In this document: positions 23,101 through 36,200 of the stretch, piece by piece
How positions within the stretch are numbered: the first letter of the stretch is position 1
Layout of the letters: the number at the start of each line of letters is the position of its first letter
Assembly: GCF_964355755.1 (NCBI RefSeq)
Contig: NC_092677.1
Span: 21,003,075 to 21,067,074 of the forward strand
Length of the DNA: 64,000 nucleotides
From: Antedon mediterranea
Lineage: Eukaryota; Animalia; Echinodermata
Direction: 5' to 3'
Program-made: the position numbers and the translations under genes
The notes under the pieces: model-generated
What the model was told of the DNA's origin: nothing
Databases searched by the model: none
Seen by the model: only the letters and a program-made list of their open reading frames with translations

Positions 23101-26100
23101 ATCACATTTTGAGCATTTCGTTAAAACTTTTCACACAAAAACATCAAAGAGCAAAAAATAGCTTAATATCGTATTTAAAAACGTTTTAGACCATTTTGAG
23201 CATTTCGACAAAACTTTTTCACACAAAACATCAAAGTGTACAAAATAGCTTCAAATCGCATTTGGAGACGTTTTAGACAATTTTGTGATTTTCGAAAAAA
23301 CTTGTTTACATAAAAACACCAAAGTGCTAAGAATAGCTTCCAATCGCATTTGGAGACGTTTTAGACCCTTTTGTGCATTTTGATGAAACTTGGTTACACA
23401 AAAACATCAAAGTGCTTAAAATCACATTAGAAACCGTTTTAGAACATTTTGAGCATTTCGTTAAAATTTTTCACAGAAAAACATCAAAGAGCAAAAAATA
23501 GCTTAATATCGTATTTAAAAACGTTTTAGACCATTTTGAGCATTTCGACAAAACTTTTTCACACAAAACAACAAAGTGTACAGAATAGCTTCAAATCGCA
23601 TTTGGAGACGTTTTAACCCATTTTGAGCATTTCAATAAAATTTTACACACAAAAACATCAAAGTGCACAAAATAGCTTAATATGGTATTTAAAAACGTTT
23701 TAGACCATTTTGAGCATTTCAACAAAACTTTTTCTCACAAAACATCAAAGTGTACAGAATAGCTTCAAATCGCATTTGGAGACGTTTTAGACCATTTTGT
23801 GCATTTCGATGAAACTTGGTTACACAAAAACATCAAAGTGCTTAAAATCACATTTTGAGCATTTCGTTAAAACTCTTCACACAAAAACATCAAAGTCCAC
23901 AAAATAGCTTAATATCGTATTTAAAAACGTTTTAGACCATTTTGAGCATTTCGAAAAAACTTTTCCACACAAAACATCAAAGTTTACAAAATAGCTTCAA
24001 ATCGCATTTGGAGACGTTTTAGACCATTTTGTGATTTTCGAAAAAACTTGTTAACATAAAAACACCAAAGTGCTCAGAATACCTTCAAATCGCATTTGGA
24101 GACGTTTTAGACCCTTTTGTGCATTTCGATGAAACTTGGTTACACAAAAACATCAAAGTGCTTAAAATCACATTAGAAACCGTTTTAGACCATTTTGAGC
24201 ATTTCGTTAAAATTTTTCACAGAAAAACATCAAAGAGCAAAAAATAGCTTAATATCGTATTTAAAAACGTTTTAGACCATTTTGAGCATTTCGACAAAAC
24301 TTTTTCACACAAAACATCAAAGTGTACAGAATAGCTTCAAATCGCATTTGGAGACGTTTTAACCCATTTTGAGCATTTCGATAAAATTTTACACACAAAA
24401 ACATCAAAGTGCACAAAATAGCTTAATATGGTATTTAAAAACGTTTTAGACCATTTTGAGCATTTCAACAAAACTTTTTCTCGCAAAACATCAAAGTGTA
24501 CAGAATAGCTTCAAATCGCATTTGGAGACGTTTTAGACCATTTTGTGCATTTCGATGAAACTTGGTTACACAAAAACATCAAAGTGCTTAAAATCACATT
24601 TTGAGCATTTCGTTAAAACTTTTCACACAAAAACATCAAAGTCCACAAAATAGCTTAATATCGTATTTAAAAACGTTTTAGACCATTTTGAGCATTTCGA
24701 AAAAACTTTTCCACACAAAACATCAAAGTTTACAAAATAGCTTCAAATCGCATTTGGAGACTTTTTAGACCATTTTGTGATTTTCGAAAAAACTTGTTAA
24801 CATAAAAACACCAAAGTGCTCAGAATACCTTCAAATCGTGTTTTGAGACGTTTTAGACCATTTTGTAATTTTCGAAAAAACTTGTTAACATAAAAACACC
24901 AAAGTGCTCAGAATACCTTCACATCGCATTTTGAGACGTTTTAGACCATTTTGTGATTTTCGAAAAAACTTGTTAACATAAAAACACCAAAGTGCTTAGA
25001 AAAGCTTGAAATCGCATTTGGAGACGTTTTAGACCATTTTGTGCATTTCGATGAAACTTGGTTAAAGTGCTTAAAATCACATTTTGAGCATTTCGTTAAA
25101 ACTTTTCACACAAAAACATCAAAGAGTAAAAAATAGCTTAATATCGTATTTAAAAACGTTTTAGACCATTTTGAGCATTTCGACAAAATTTTTTCACACA
25201 AAACATCAAAGTGTACAGAATAGCTTTAAATCGCATTTGGAGACGTTTTAGACCATTTTGTTCATTTCGATGAAACAAAAACACAAAAACATCAAATTGC
25301 ACAAAATGGCTTAATATGATATGGGAAAACGTTTTAGACCATTTTGAACATTTCGTTAAAAGTTTTCACAAAAAAACATCAAAGTCCACAAAATAGCTTA
25401 ATATCGTATTTAAAAACGTTTTAGACCATTTTGAGCATTTCGAAAAAACTTTTTCACACAAAACATCAAAGTTTACAAAATAGCTTCAAATCGCATTTGG
25501 AGACGTTTTAGACCATTTTGTGATTTTCGAAAAAACTTGTTAACATAAAAACACCAAAGTGCTCAGAATACCTTCAAATCGCATTTTGAGACGTTTTAGA
25601 CCATTTTGTGATTTTCGAAAAAACTTGTTAACATAAAAACACCAAAGTGCTCAGAATACCTTCAAATCGTGTTTTGAGACGTTTTAGACCATTTTGTGAT
25701 TTTGGAAAAACTTGTTAACATAAAAACACCAAAGTGCTCAGAATACCTTCAAATCGCATTTGGAGACGTTTTAGACCATTTTGTGATTTTCGGACAAACT
25801 TGTTAACATAAAAACACCAAAGTGCTCAGAAAAGCTTCAAATCGCAATTGGAGACGTTTTAAACCATTTTGTTCATTTCGATGAAACTTGGTTACACAAA
25901 AACATCAAATTGCACAAAATGGCTTAATATGGTATGGGAAAACGTTTTAGACCATTTTGAACATTTCGAGAAAACTTTTTCACACAAAACTTCAAAGTGT
26001 ACAGAATAGCTTCAAATCGCATTAGAAACCGTTTTAGACCATTTTGAGCATTTCGAAAAAACTTTTTCACACAAAACATCAAAGTTTACAAAATAGCTTC

Positions 26101-29100
26101 AAATCGCATTTGGAGACGTTTTAGACCATTTTGTGATTTTCGAAAAAACTTGTTAACATAAAAACACCAAAGTGCTCAGAATACCTTCAAATCGCATTTT
26201 GAGACGTTTTAGACCATTTTTTGATTTTCGAAAAAACTTGTTAACATAAAAATACCAAAGTGCTCTGAATACCTTCAAATCGTGTTTTGAGACGTTTTAG
26301 ACCATTTTGTGATTTTCGAAAAAACTTGTTAACATAAAAACACCAAAGTGCTCAGAATACCTTCAAATCGCATTTTGAGACGTTTTAGACCATTTTGTGA
26401 TTTTCGAAAAAACTTGTTAACATAAAAACACCAAAGTGCTCAGAAAAGCTTCAAATCGCATTTGGAGACGTTTTAAACCATTTTGTTCATTTCGATGAAA
26501 CTTGGTTACACAAAAACATCAAAGAGCACAAAAGTATTTAAAAACGTTTTAGACCATTTTGAGCATTCCGACAAAACTTTTTCACACAAAACATCAAAGT
26601 GTACAGAATAGCTTTAAATCGCATTTGGAGACGTTTTAGACCATTTTGTAGTTTTCGAAAAAACTTGTTAACATAAAAACACAAAAGAGCTTCAAATCGC
26701 ATTTGGAGACGTTTTAGACCCTTTTGTGCATTTCGATGAAACTTGGTTACACAAAAACATCAAAGTGCTTAAAATCACATTAGAAACCGTTTTAGACCAT
26801 TTTGAGCATTTCGTTAAAACTTTTCACACAAAAACATCAAAGTCCACAAAATAGCTTAATATCGTATTCAAAAACGTTTTAGACCATTTTGAGCATTTCG
26901 AAAAAACTTTTTCACACAAAACATCAAAGTTTACAAAATAGCTTCAAATCGCATTTGGAGACGTTTTAGACCATTTTGTGATTTTCGAAAAAACTTGTTA
27001 ACATAAAAACACCAAAGTGCTCAGAATACCTTCAAATCGCATTTTGAGACGTTTTAGACCATTTTGTGATTTTCGAAAAAACAACATAAAAACACCAAAG
27101 TGCTCAGAATACCTTCAAATCGCATTTGGAGACGTTTTAGACCATTTTGTGATTTTGGAAAAAACTTGTTAACATAAAAACACCAAAGTGCTCAGAATAC
27201 CTTCAAATCGTATTTTGAGACGTTTTAGACAATTTTGTGATTTTCGAAAAAACTTGTTAACATAAAAACACCAAAGTGCTTAGAAAAGCTCCAAATCGCA
27301 TTTGGAGACGTTTTAGACCATTTTGTGCATTTCGATGAAACTTTGTTACACAAAAACATCAAAGTGTACAGAATAGCTTCAAATCGCATTAGAAACCGTT
27401 TTAGACCATTTTGAGCATTTCGAAAAAACTTTTTCACACAAAACATCAAAGTGTACAAAATAGCTTCAAATCGCATTTGGAGACGTTTTAGACAATTTTG
27501 TGATTTTCGAAAAAACTTGTTTACATAAAAACACCAAAGTGCTAAGAATAGCTTCCAATCGCATTTGGAGACGTTTTAGACCTTTTTGTGCATTTCGATG
27601 AAACTTGGTTACACAAAAACATCAAAGTGCTTAAAATCACATTAGAAACCGTTTTAGACCATTTTGAGCATTTCGTTAAAATTTTTCACAGAAAAACATC
27701 AAAGAGCAAAAAATAGCTTAATATCGTATTTAAAAACGTTTTAGACCATTTTGAGCATTTCGACAAAACTTTTTCACACAAAACATCAAAGTGTACAGAA
27801 TAGCTTAATATCGCATTTGGAGACGTTTTAACCCATTTTGAGCATTTCGATAAAATTTTACACACAAAAACATCAAAGTGCACAAAATAGCTTAATATGG
27901 TATTTAAAAACGTTTTAGAACATTTTGAGCATTTCAACAAAACTTTTTCTCACAAAACGTCAAAGTGTACAGAATAGCTTCAAATCGCATTTGGAGACGT
28001 TTTAGACCATTTTGTGCATTTCGATGAAACTTGGTTACACAAAAACATCAAAGTGCTTAAAATCACATTTTGAGCATTTCGTTAAAACTTTTCACACAAA
28101 AACATCAAAGAGTAAAAAATAGCTTAATATCGTATTTAAAAACGTTTTAGACCATTTTGAGCATTTCGACAAAATTTTTTCACACAAAACATCAAAGTGT
28201 ACAGAATAGCTTTAAATCGCATTTGGAGACGTTTTAGACCATTTTGTTAATTTCGATGAAACAAAAACACAAAAACATCAAATTGCACAAAATGGCTTAA
28301 TATGATATGGGAAAACGTTTTAGACCATTTTGAACATTTCGTTAAAAGTTTTCACACAAAAACATCAAAGTCCACAAAATAGCTTAATATCGTATTTAAA
28401 AACGTTTTAGACCATTTTGAGCATTTCGAAAAAACTTTTTCACACAAAACATCAAAGTTTACAAAATAGCTTCAAATCGCATTTGGAGACGTTTTAGACC
28501 ATTTTGTGATTTTCGAAAAAACTTGTTAACATAAAAACACCAAAGTGCTCAGAATACCTTCAAATCGCATTTTGAGACGTTTTAGACCATTTTGTGATTT
28601 TCGAAAAAACTTGTTAACATAAAAACACCAAAGTGCTCAGAATACCTTCAAATCGTGTTTTGAGACGTTTTAGACCATTTTGTGATTTTCGAAAAAACTT
28701 GTTAACATAAAAACACCAAAGTGCTCAGAATACCTTCAAATCGCATTTTGAGACGTTTTAGACCATTTTGTGATTTTCGAAAAAACTTGTTAACATAAAA
28801 ACACCAAAGTGCTCAGAATACCTTCAAATCGTGTTTTGAGACGTTTTAGACCATTTTGTGATTTTCGAAAAAACTTGTTAACATAAAAACACCAAAGTGC
28901 TTAGAAAAGCTTCAAATCGCATTTGGAGACGTTTTAGACCATTTTGTTCATTTCGATGAAACTTGGTTACACAAAAACATCAAAGAGCACAAAAGATCTT
29001 AATATCGTATTTAAAAACGTTTTAGACCATTTTGAGCATTTCGAAAAAACTTTTTCACACAAAACATCAAAGTGTACAAAATAGCTTCAAATCGCATTTT

Positions 29101-32100
29101 GAGACGTTTTAGACAATTTTGTGATTTTCGAAAAAACTTGTTTACATAAAAACACCAAAGTGCTTAGAAAAGCTTCAAATCGCATTTGGAGACGTTTTAA
29201 ACCATTTTGTTCATTTCGATGAAACTTGGTTACACAAAAACATCAAAGAGCACAAAAGTATTTAAAAACGTTTTAGACCATTTTGAGCATTCCGTCAAAA
29301 CTTTTTCACACAAAACATCAAAGTGTACAGAATAGCTTTAAATCGCATTTGGAGACGTTTTAGACCATTTTGTAGTTTTCGAAAAAACTTGTTAACATAA
29401 AAACACCAAAGTGCTCAGAATACCTTCAAATCGTGTTTTGAGACGTTTTAGACCATTTTGTGATTTTGGAAAAACTTGTTAACATAAAAACACCAAAGTG
29501 CTCAGAATACCTTCAAATCGCATTTGGAGACGTTTTAGACCATTTTGTGATTTTCGAAAAAACTTGTTAACATAAAAACACCAAAGTGCTCAGAAAAGCT
29601 TCAAATCGCAATTGGAGACGTTTTAAACCATTTTGTTCATTTCGATGAAACTTGGTTACACAAAAACATCAAATTGCACAAAATGGCTTAATATGGTATG
29701 GGAAAACGTTTTAGACCATTTTGAACATTTCGAGCAAACTTTTTCACACAAAACTTCAAAGTGTACAGAATAGCTTCAAATCGCATTAGAAACCGTTTTA
29801 GACCATTTTGAGCATTTCGAAAAAACTTTTTCACACAAAACATCAAAGTTTACAAAATAGCTTCAAATCGCATTTGGAGACGTTTTAGACCATTTTGTGA
29901 TTTTCGAAAAAACTTGTTAACATAAAAACACCAAAGTGCTCAGAATACCTTCAAATCGCATTTTGAGACGTTTTAGACCATTTTGTGATTTTCGAAAAAA
30001 CTTGTTAACATAAAAATACCAAAGTGCTCTGAATACCTTCAAATCGTGTTTTGAGACGTTTTAGACCATTTTGTGATTTTCGAAAAAACTTGTTAACATA
30101 AAAACACCAAAGTGCTCAGAATACCTTCAAATCGCATTTGGAGACGTTTTAGACCATTTTGTGATTTTCGAAAAAACTTGTTAACATAAAAACACCAAAG
30201 TGCTCAGAAAAGCTTCAAATCGCATTTGGAGACGTTTTAAACCATTTTGTTCATTTCGATGAAACTTGGTTACACAAAAACATCAAAGAGCACAAAAGTA
30301 TTTAAAAACGTTTTAGACCATTTTGAGCATTCCGACAAAACTTTTTCACACAAAACATCAAAGTGTACAGAATAGCTTTAAATCGCATTTGGAGACGTTT
30401 TAGACCATTTTGTAGTTTTCGAAAAAACTTGTTAACATAAAAACACAAAAGAGCTTCAAATCGCATTTGGAGACGTTTTAGACCCTTTTGTGCATTTCGA
30501 TGAAACTTGGTTACACAAAAACATCAAAGTGCTTAAAATCACATTAGAAACCGTTTTAGACCATTTTGAGCATTTCGTTAAAACTTTTCACACAAAAACA
30601 TCAAAGTCCACAAAATAGCTTAATATCGTATTCAAAAACGTTTTAGACCATTTTGAGCATTTCGAAAAAACTTTTTCACACAAAACATCAAAGTTTACAA
30701 AATAGCTTCAAATCGCATTTGGAGACGTTTTAGACCATTTTGTGATTTTCGAAAAAACTTGTTAACATAAAAACACCAAAGTGCTCAGAATACCTTCAAA
30801 TCGCATTTTGAGACGTTTTAGACCATTTTGTGATTTTCGAAAAAGCAACATAAAAACACCAAAGTGCTCAGAATACCTTCAAATCGCATTTGGAGACGTT
30901 TTAGACCATTTTGTGATTTTGGAAAAAACTTGTTAACATAAAAACACCAAAGTGCTTAGAAAAGCTTCAAATCGCATTTGGAGACGTTTTAGACCATTTT
31001 GTGCATTTCGATGAAACTTTGTTACACAAAAACATCAAAGTGTACAGAATAGCTTCAAATCGCATTAGAAACCGTTTTAGACCATTTTGAGCATTTCGAA
31101 AAAACTTTTTCACACAAAACATCAAAGTGTACAAAATAGCTTCAAATCGCATTTGGAGACGTTTTAGACAATTTTGTGATTTTCGAAAAAACTTGTTTAC
31201 ATAAAAACACCAAAGTGCTAAGAATAGCTTCCAATCGCATTTGGAGACGTTTTAGACCCTTTTGTGCATTTCGATGAAACTTGGTTACACAAAAACATCA
31301 AAGTGCTTAAAATCACATTAGAAACCGTTTTAGACCATTTTGAGCATTTCGTTAAAATTTTTCACAGAAAAACATCAAAGAGCAAAAAATAGCTTAATAT
31401 CGTATTTAAAAACGTTTTAGACCATTTTGAGCATTTCGACAAAACTTTTTCACACAAAACATCAAAGTGTACAGAATAGCTTAATATCGCATTTGGAGAC
31501 GTTTTAACCCATTTTGAGCATTTCGATGAAACTTGGTTACACAAAAACATCAAAGTGCTTAAAATCACATTTTGAGCATTTCGTTAAAACTTTTCACACA
31601 AAAACATCAAAGAGTAAAAAATAGCTTAATATCGTATTTAAAAACGTTTTAGACCATTTTGAGCATTTCGACAAAATTTTTTCACACAAAACATCAAAGT
31701 GTACAGAATAGCTTTAAATCGCATTTGGAGACGTTTTAGACCATTTTGTTCATTTCGATGAAACAAAAACACAAAAACATCAAATTGCACAAAATGGCTT
31801 AATATGATATGGGAAAACGTTTTAGACCATTTTGAACATTTCGTTAAAAGTTTTCACAAAAAAACATCAAAGTCCACAAAATAGCTTAATATCGTATTTA
31901 AAAACGTTTTAGACCATTTTGAGCATTTCGAAAAAACTTTTTCACACAAAACATCAAAGTTTACAAAATAGCTTCAAATCGCATTTGGAGACGTTTTAGA
32001 CCATTTTGTGATTTTCGAAAAAACTTGTTAACATAAAAACACCAAAGTGCTCAGAATACCTTCAAATCGCATTTTGAGACGTTTTAGACCATTTTGTGAT

Positions 32101-33299
32101 TTTCGAAAAAACTTGTTAACATAAAAACACCAAAGTGCTCAGAATACCTTCAAATCGTGTTTTGAGACGTTTTAGACCATTTTGTGATTTTGGAAAAACT
32201 TGTTAACATAAAAACACCAAAGTGCTCAGAATACCTTCAAATCGCATTTGGAGACGTTTTAGACCATTTTGTGATTTTCGAAAAAACTTGTTAACATAAA
32301 AACACCAAAGTGCTCAGAAAAGCTTCAAATCGCAATTGGAGACGTTTTAAACCATTTTGTTCATTTCGATGAAACTTGGTTACACAAAAACATCAAATTG
32401 CACAAAATGGCTTAATATGGTATGGGAAAACGTTTTAGACCATTTTGAACATTTCGAGAAAACTTTTTCACACAAAACTTCAAAGTGTACAGAATAGCTT
32501 CAAATCGCATTAGAAACCGTTTTAGACCATTTTGAGCATTTCGAAAAAAACTTTTTCACACAAAACATCAAAGTTTACAAAATAGCTTCAAATCGCATTT
32601 GGAGACGTTTTAGACCATTTTGTGATTTTCGAAAAAACTTGTTAACATAAAAACACCAAAGTGCTCAGAATACCTTCAAATCGCATTTTGAGACGTTTTA
32701 GACCATTTTGTGATTTTCGAAAAAACTTGTTAACATAAAAATACCAAAGTGCTCAGAATACCTTCAAATCGTGTTTTGAGACGTTTTAGACCATTTTGTG
32801 ATTTTCGAAAAAACTTGTTAACATAAAAACACCAAAGTGCTCAGAATACCTTCAAATCGCATTTGGAGACGTTTTAGACCATTTTGTGATTTTCGAAAAA
32901 ACTTGTTAACATAAAAACACCAAAGTGCTCAGAATACCTTCAAATCGCATTTGGAGACGTTTTAGACCATTTTGTGATTTTCGAAAAAACTTGTTAACAT
33001 AAAAACACCAAAGTGCTCAGAAAAGCTTCAAATCGCAATTGGAGACGTTTTAAACCATTTTGTTCATTTCGATGAAACTTGGTTACACAAAAACATCAAA
33101 GAGCACAAAAGTATTTAAAAACGTTTTAGACCATTTTGAGCATTCCGACAAAACTTTTTCACACAAAACATCAAAGTGTACAGAATAGCTTTAAATCGCA
33201 TTTGGAGACGTTTTAGACCATTTTGTAGTTTTCGAAAAAACTTGTTAACATAAAAACACCAAAGTGCTTAGAAAAGCTTCAAATCGCATTTGGAGACGT

Positions 33300-36200
33300 T
33301 TTAGACCATTTTGTGCATTTTGATGAAACTTGGTTACACAAAAACATCAAAGTGTACAGAATAGCTTCAAATCGCATTAGAAACCGTTTTAGACCATTTT
33401 GAGCATTTCGAAAAAACTTTTTCACACAAAACATCAAAGTGTACAAAATAGCTTCTGGAGACGTTTTAGACCATTTTGTGATTTTCGAAAAAACTTGTTA
33501 ACATAAAAACACCAAAGTGAAAGATGAAACTTGGTTACACAAAAACATCAAAGTGCTTAAAATCACATTAGAAACCGTTTTACATTACATTTCGTTAAAA
33601 TTTTTCACAGAAAAACATCAAAGAGCAAAAAATAGCTTAATATCGTATTTAAAAACGTTTTAGACCATTTTGAGCATTTCGACAAAACTTTTTCACACAA
33701 AACATCAAAGTGTACAGAATAGCTTCAAATCGCATTTGGAGACGTTTTAACCCATTTTGAGCATTTCGATAAAATTTTACACACAAAAACATCAAAGTGC
33801 ACAAAATAGCTTAATATGGTATTTAAAAACGTTTTAGACCATTTTGAGCATTTCAACAAAACTTTTTCTCGCAAAACATCAAAGTGTACAGAATAGCTTC
33901 AAATCGCATTTGGAGACGTTTTAGACCATTTTGTGCATTTCGATGAAACTTGGTTACACAAAAACATCAAAGTGCTTAAAATCACATTTTGAGCATTTCG
34001 TTAAAACTTTTCACACAAAAACATCAAAGTCCACAAAATAGCTTAATATCGTATTTAAAAACGTTTTAGACCATTTTGAGCATTTCGAAAAAACTTTTCC
34101 ACACAAAACATCAAAGTTTACAAAATAGCTTCAAATCGCATTTGGAGACGTTTTAGACCATTTTGTGATTTTCGAAAAAACTTGTTAACATAAAAACACC
34201 AAAGTGCTCAGAATACCTTCAAATCGTGTTTTGAGACGTTTTAGACCATTTTGTAATTTTCGAAAAAACTTGTTAACATAAAAACACCAAAGTGCTCAGA
34301 ATACCTTCACATCGCATTTTGAGACGTTTTAGACCATTTTGTGATTTTCGAAAAAACTTGTTAACATAAAAACACCAAAGTGCTTAGAAAAGCTTGAAAT
34401 CGCATTTGGAGACGTTTTAGACCATTTTGTGCATTTCGATGAAACTTGGTTAAAGTGCTTAAAATCACATTTTGAGCATTTCGTTAAAACTTTTCACACA
34501 AAAACATCAAAGAGTAAAAAATAGCTTAATATCGTATTTAAAAACGTTTTAGACCATTTTGAGCATTTCGACAAAATTTTTTCACACAAAACATCAAAGT
34601 GTACAGAATAGCTTTAAATCGCATTTGGAGACGTTTTAGACCATTTTGTTCATTTCGATGAAACAAAAACACAAAAACATCAAATTGCACAAAATGGCTT
34701 AATATGATATGGGAAAACGTTTTAGACCATTTTGAACAATTCGTTAAAAGTTTTCACAAAAAAACATCAAAGTCCACAAAATAGCTTAATATCGTATTTA
34801 AAAACGTTTTAGACCATTTTGAGCATTTCGAAAAAACTTTTTCACACAAAACATCAAAGTTTACAAAATAGCTTCAAATCGCATTTGGAGACGTTTTAGA
34901 CCATTTTGTGATTTTCGAAAAAACTTGTTAACATAAAAACACCAAAGTGCTCAGAATACCTTCAAATCGCATTTTGAGACGTTTTAGACCATTTTGTGAT
35001 TTTCGAAAAAACTTGTTAACATAAAAACACCAAAGTGCTCAGAATACCTTCAAATCGTGTTTTGAGACGTTTTAGACCATTTTGTGATTTTGGAAAAACT
35101 TGTTAACATAAAAACACCAAAGTGCTCAGAATACCTTCAAATCGCATTTGGAGACGTTTTAGACCATTTTGTGATTTTCGAAAAAACTTGTTAACATAAA
35201 AACACCAAAGTGCTCAGAAAAGCTTCAAATCGCAATTGGAGACGTTTTAAACCATTTTGTTCATTTCGATGAAACTTGGTTACACAAAAACATCAAATTG
35301 CACAAAATGGCTTAATATGGTATGGGAAAACGTTTTAGACCATTTTGAACATTTCGAGAAAACTTTTTCACACAAAACTTCAAAGTGTACAGAATAGCTT
35401 CAAATCGCATTAGAAACCGTTTTAGACCATTTTGAGCATTTCGAAAAAACTTTTTCACACAAAACATCAAAGTTTACAAAATAGCTTCAAATCGCATTTG
35501 GAGACGTTTTAGACCATTTTGTGATTTTCGAAAAAACTTGTTAACATAAAAACACCAAAGTGCTCAGAATACCTTCAAATCGCATTTTGAGACGTTTTAG
35601 ACCATTTTGTGATTTTCGAAAAAACTTGTTAACATAAAAATACCAAAGTGCTCTGAATACCTTCAAATCGTGTTTTGAGACGTTTTAGACCATTTTGTGA
35701 TTTTCGAAAAAACTTGTTAACATAAAAACACCAAAGTGCTCAGAATACCTTCAAATCGCATTTGGAGACGTTTTAGACCATTTTGTGATTTTCGAAAAAA
35801 CTTGTTAACATAAAAACACCAAAGTGCTCAGAAAAGCTTCAAATCGCATTTGGAGACGTTTTAAACCATTTTGTTCATTTCGATGAAACTTGGTTACACA
35901 AAAACATCAAAGAGCACAAAAGTATTTAAAAACGTTTTAGACCATTTTGAGCATTCCGACAAAACTTTTTCACACAAAACATCAAAGTGTACAGAATAGC
36001 TTTAAATCGCATTTGGAGACGTTTTAGACCATTTTGTAGTTTTCGAAAAAACTTGTTAACATAAAAACACAAAAGAGCTTCAAATCGCATTTGGAGACGT
36101 TTTAGACCCTTTTGTGCATTTCGATGAAACTTGGTTACACAAAAACATCAAAGTGCTTAAAATCACATTAGAAACCGTTTTAGACCATTTTGAGCATTTC

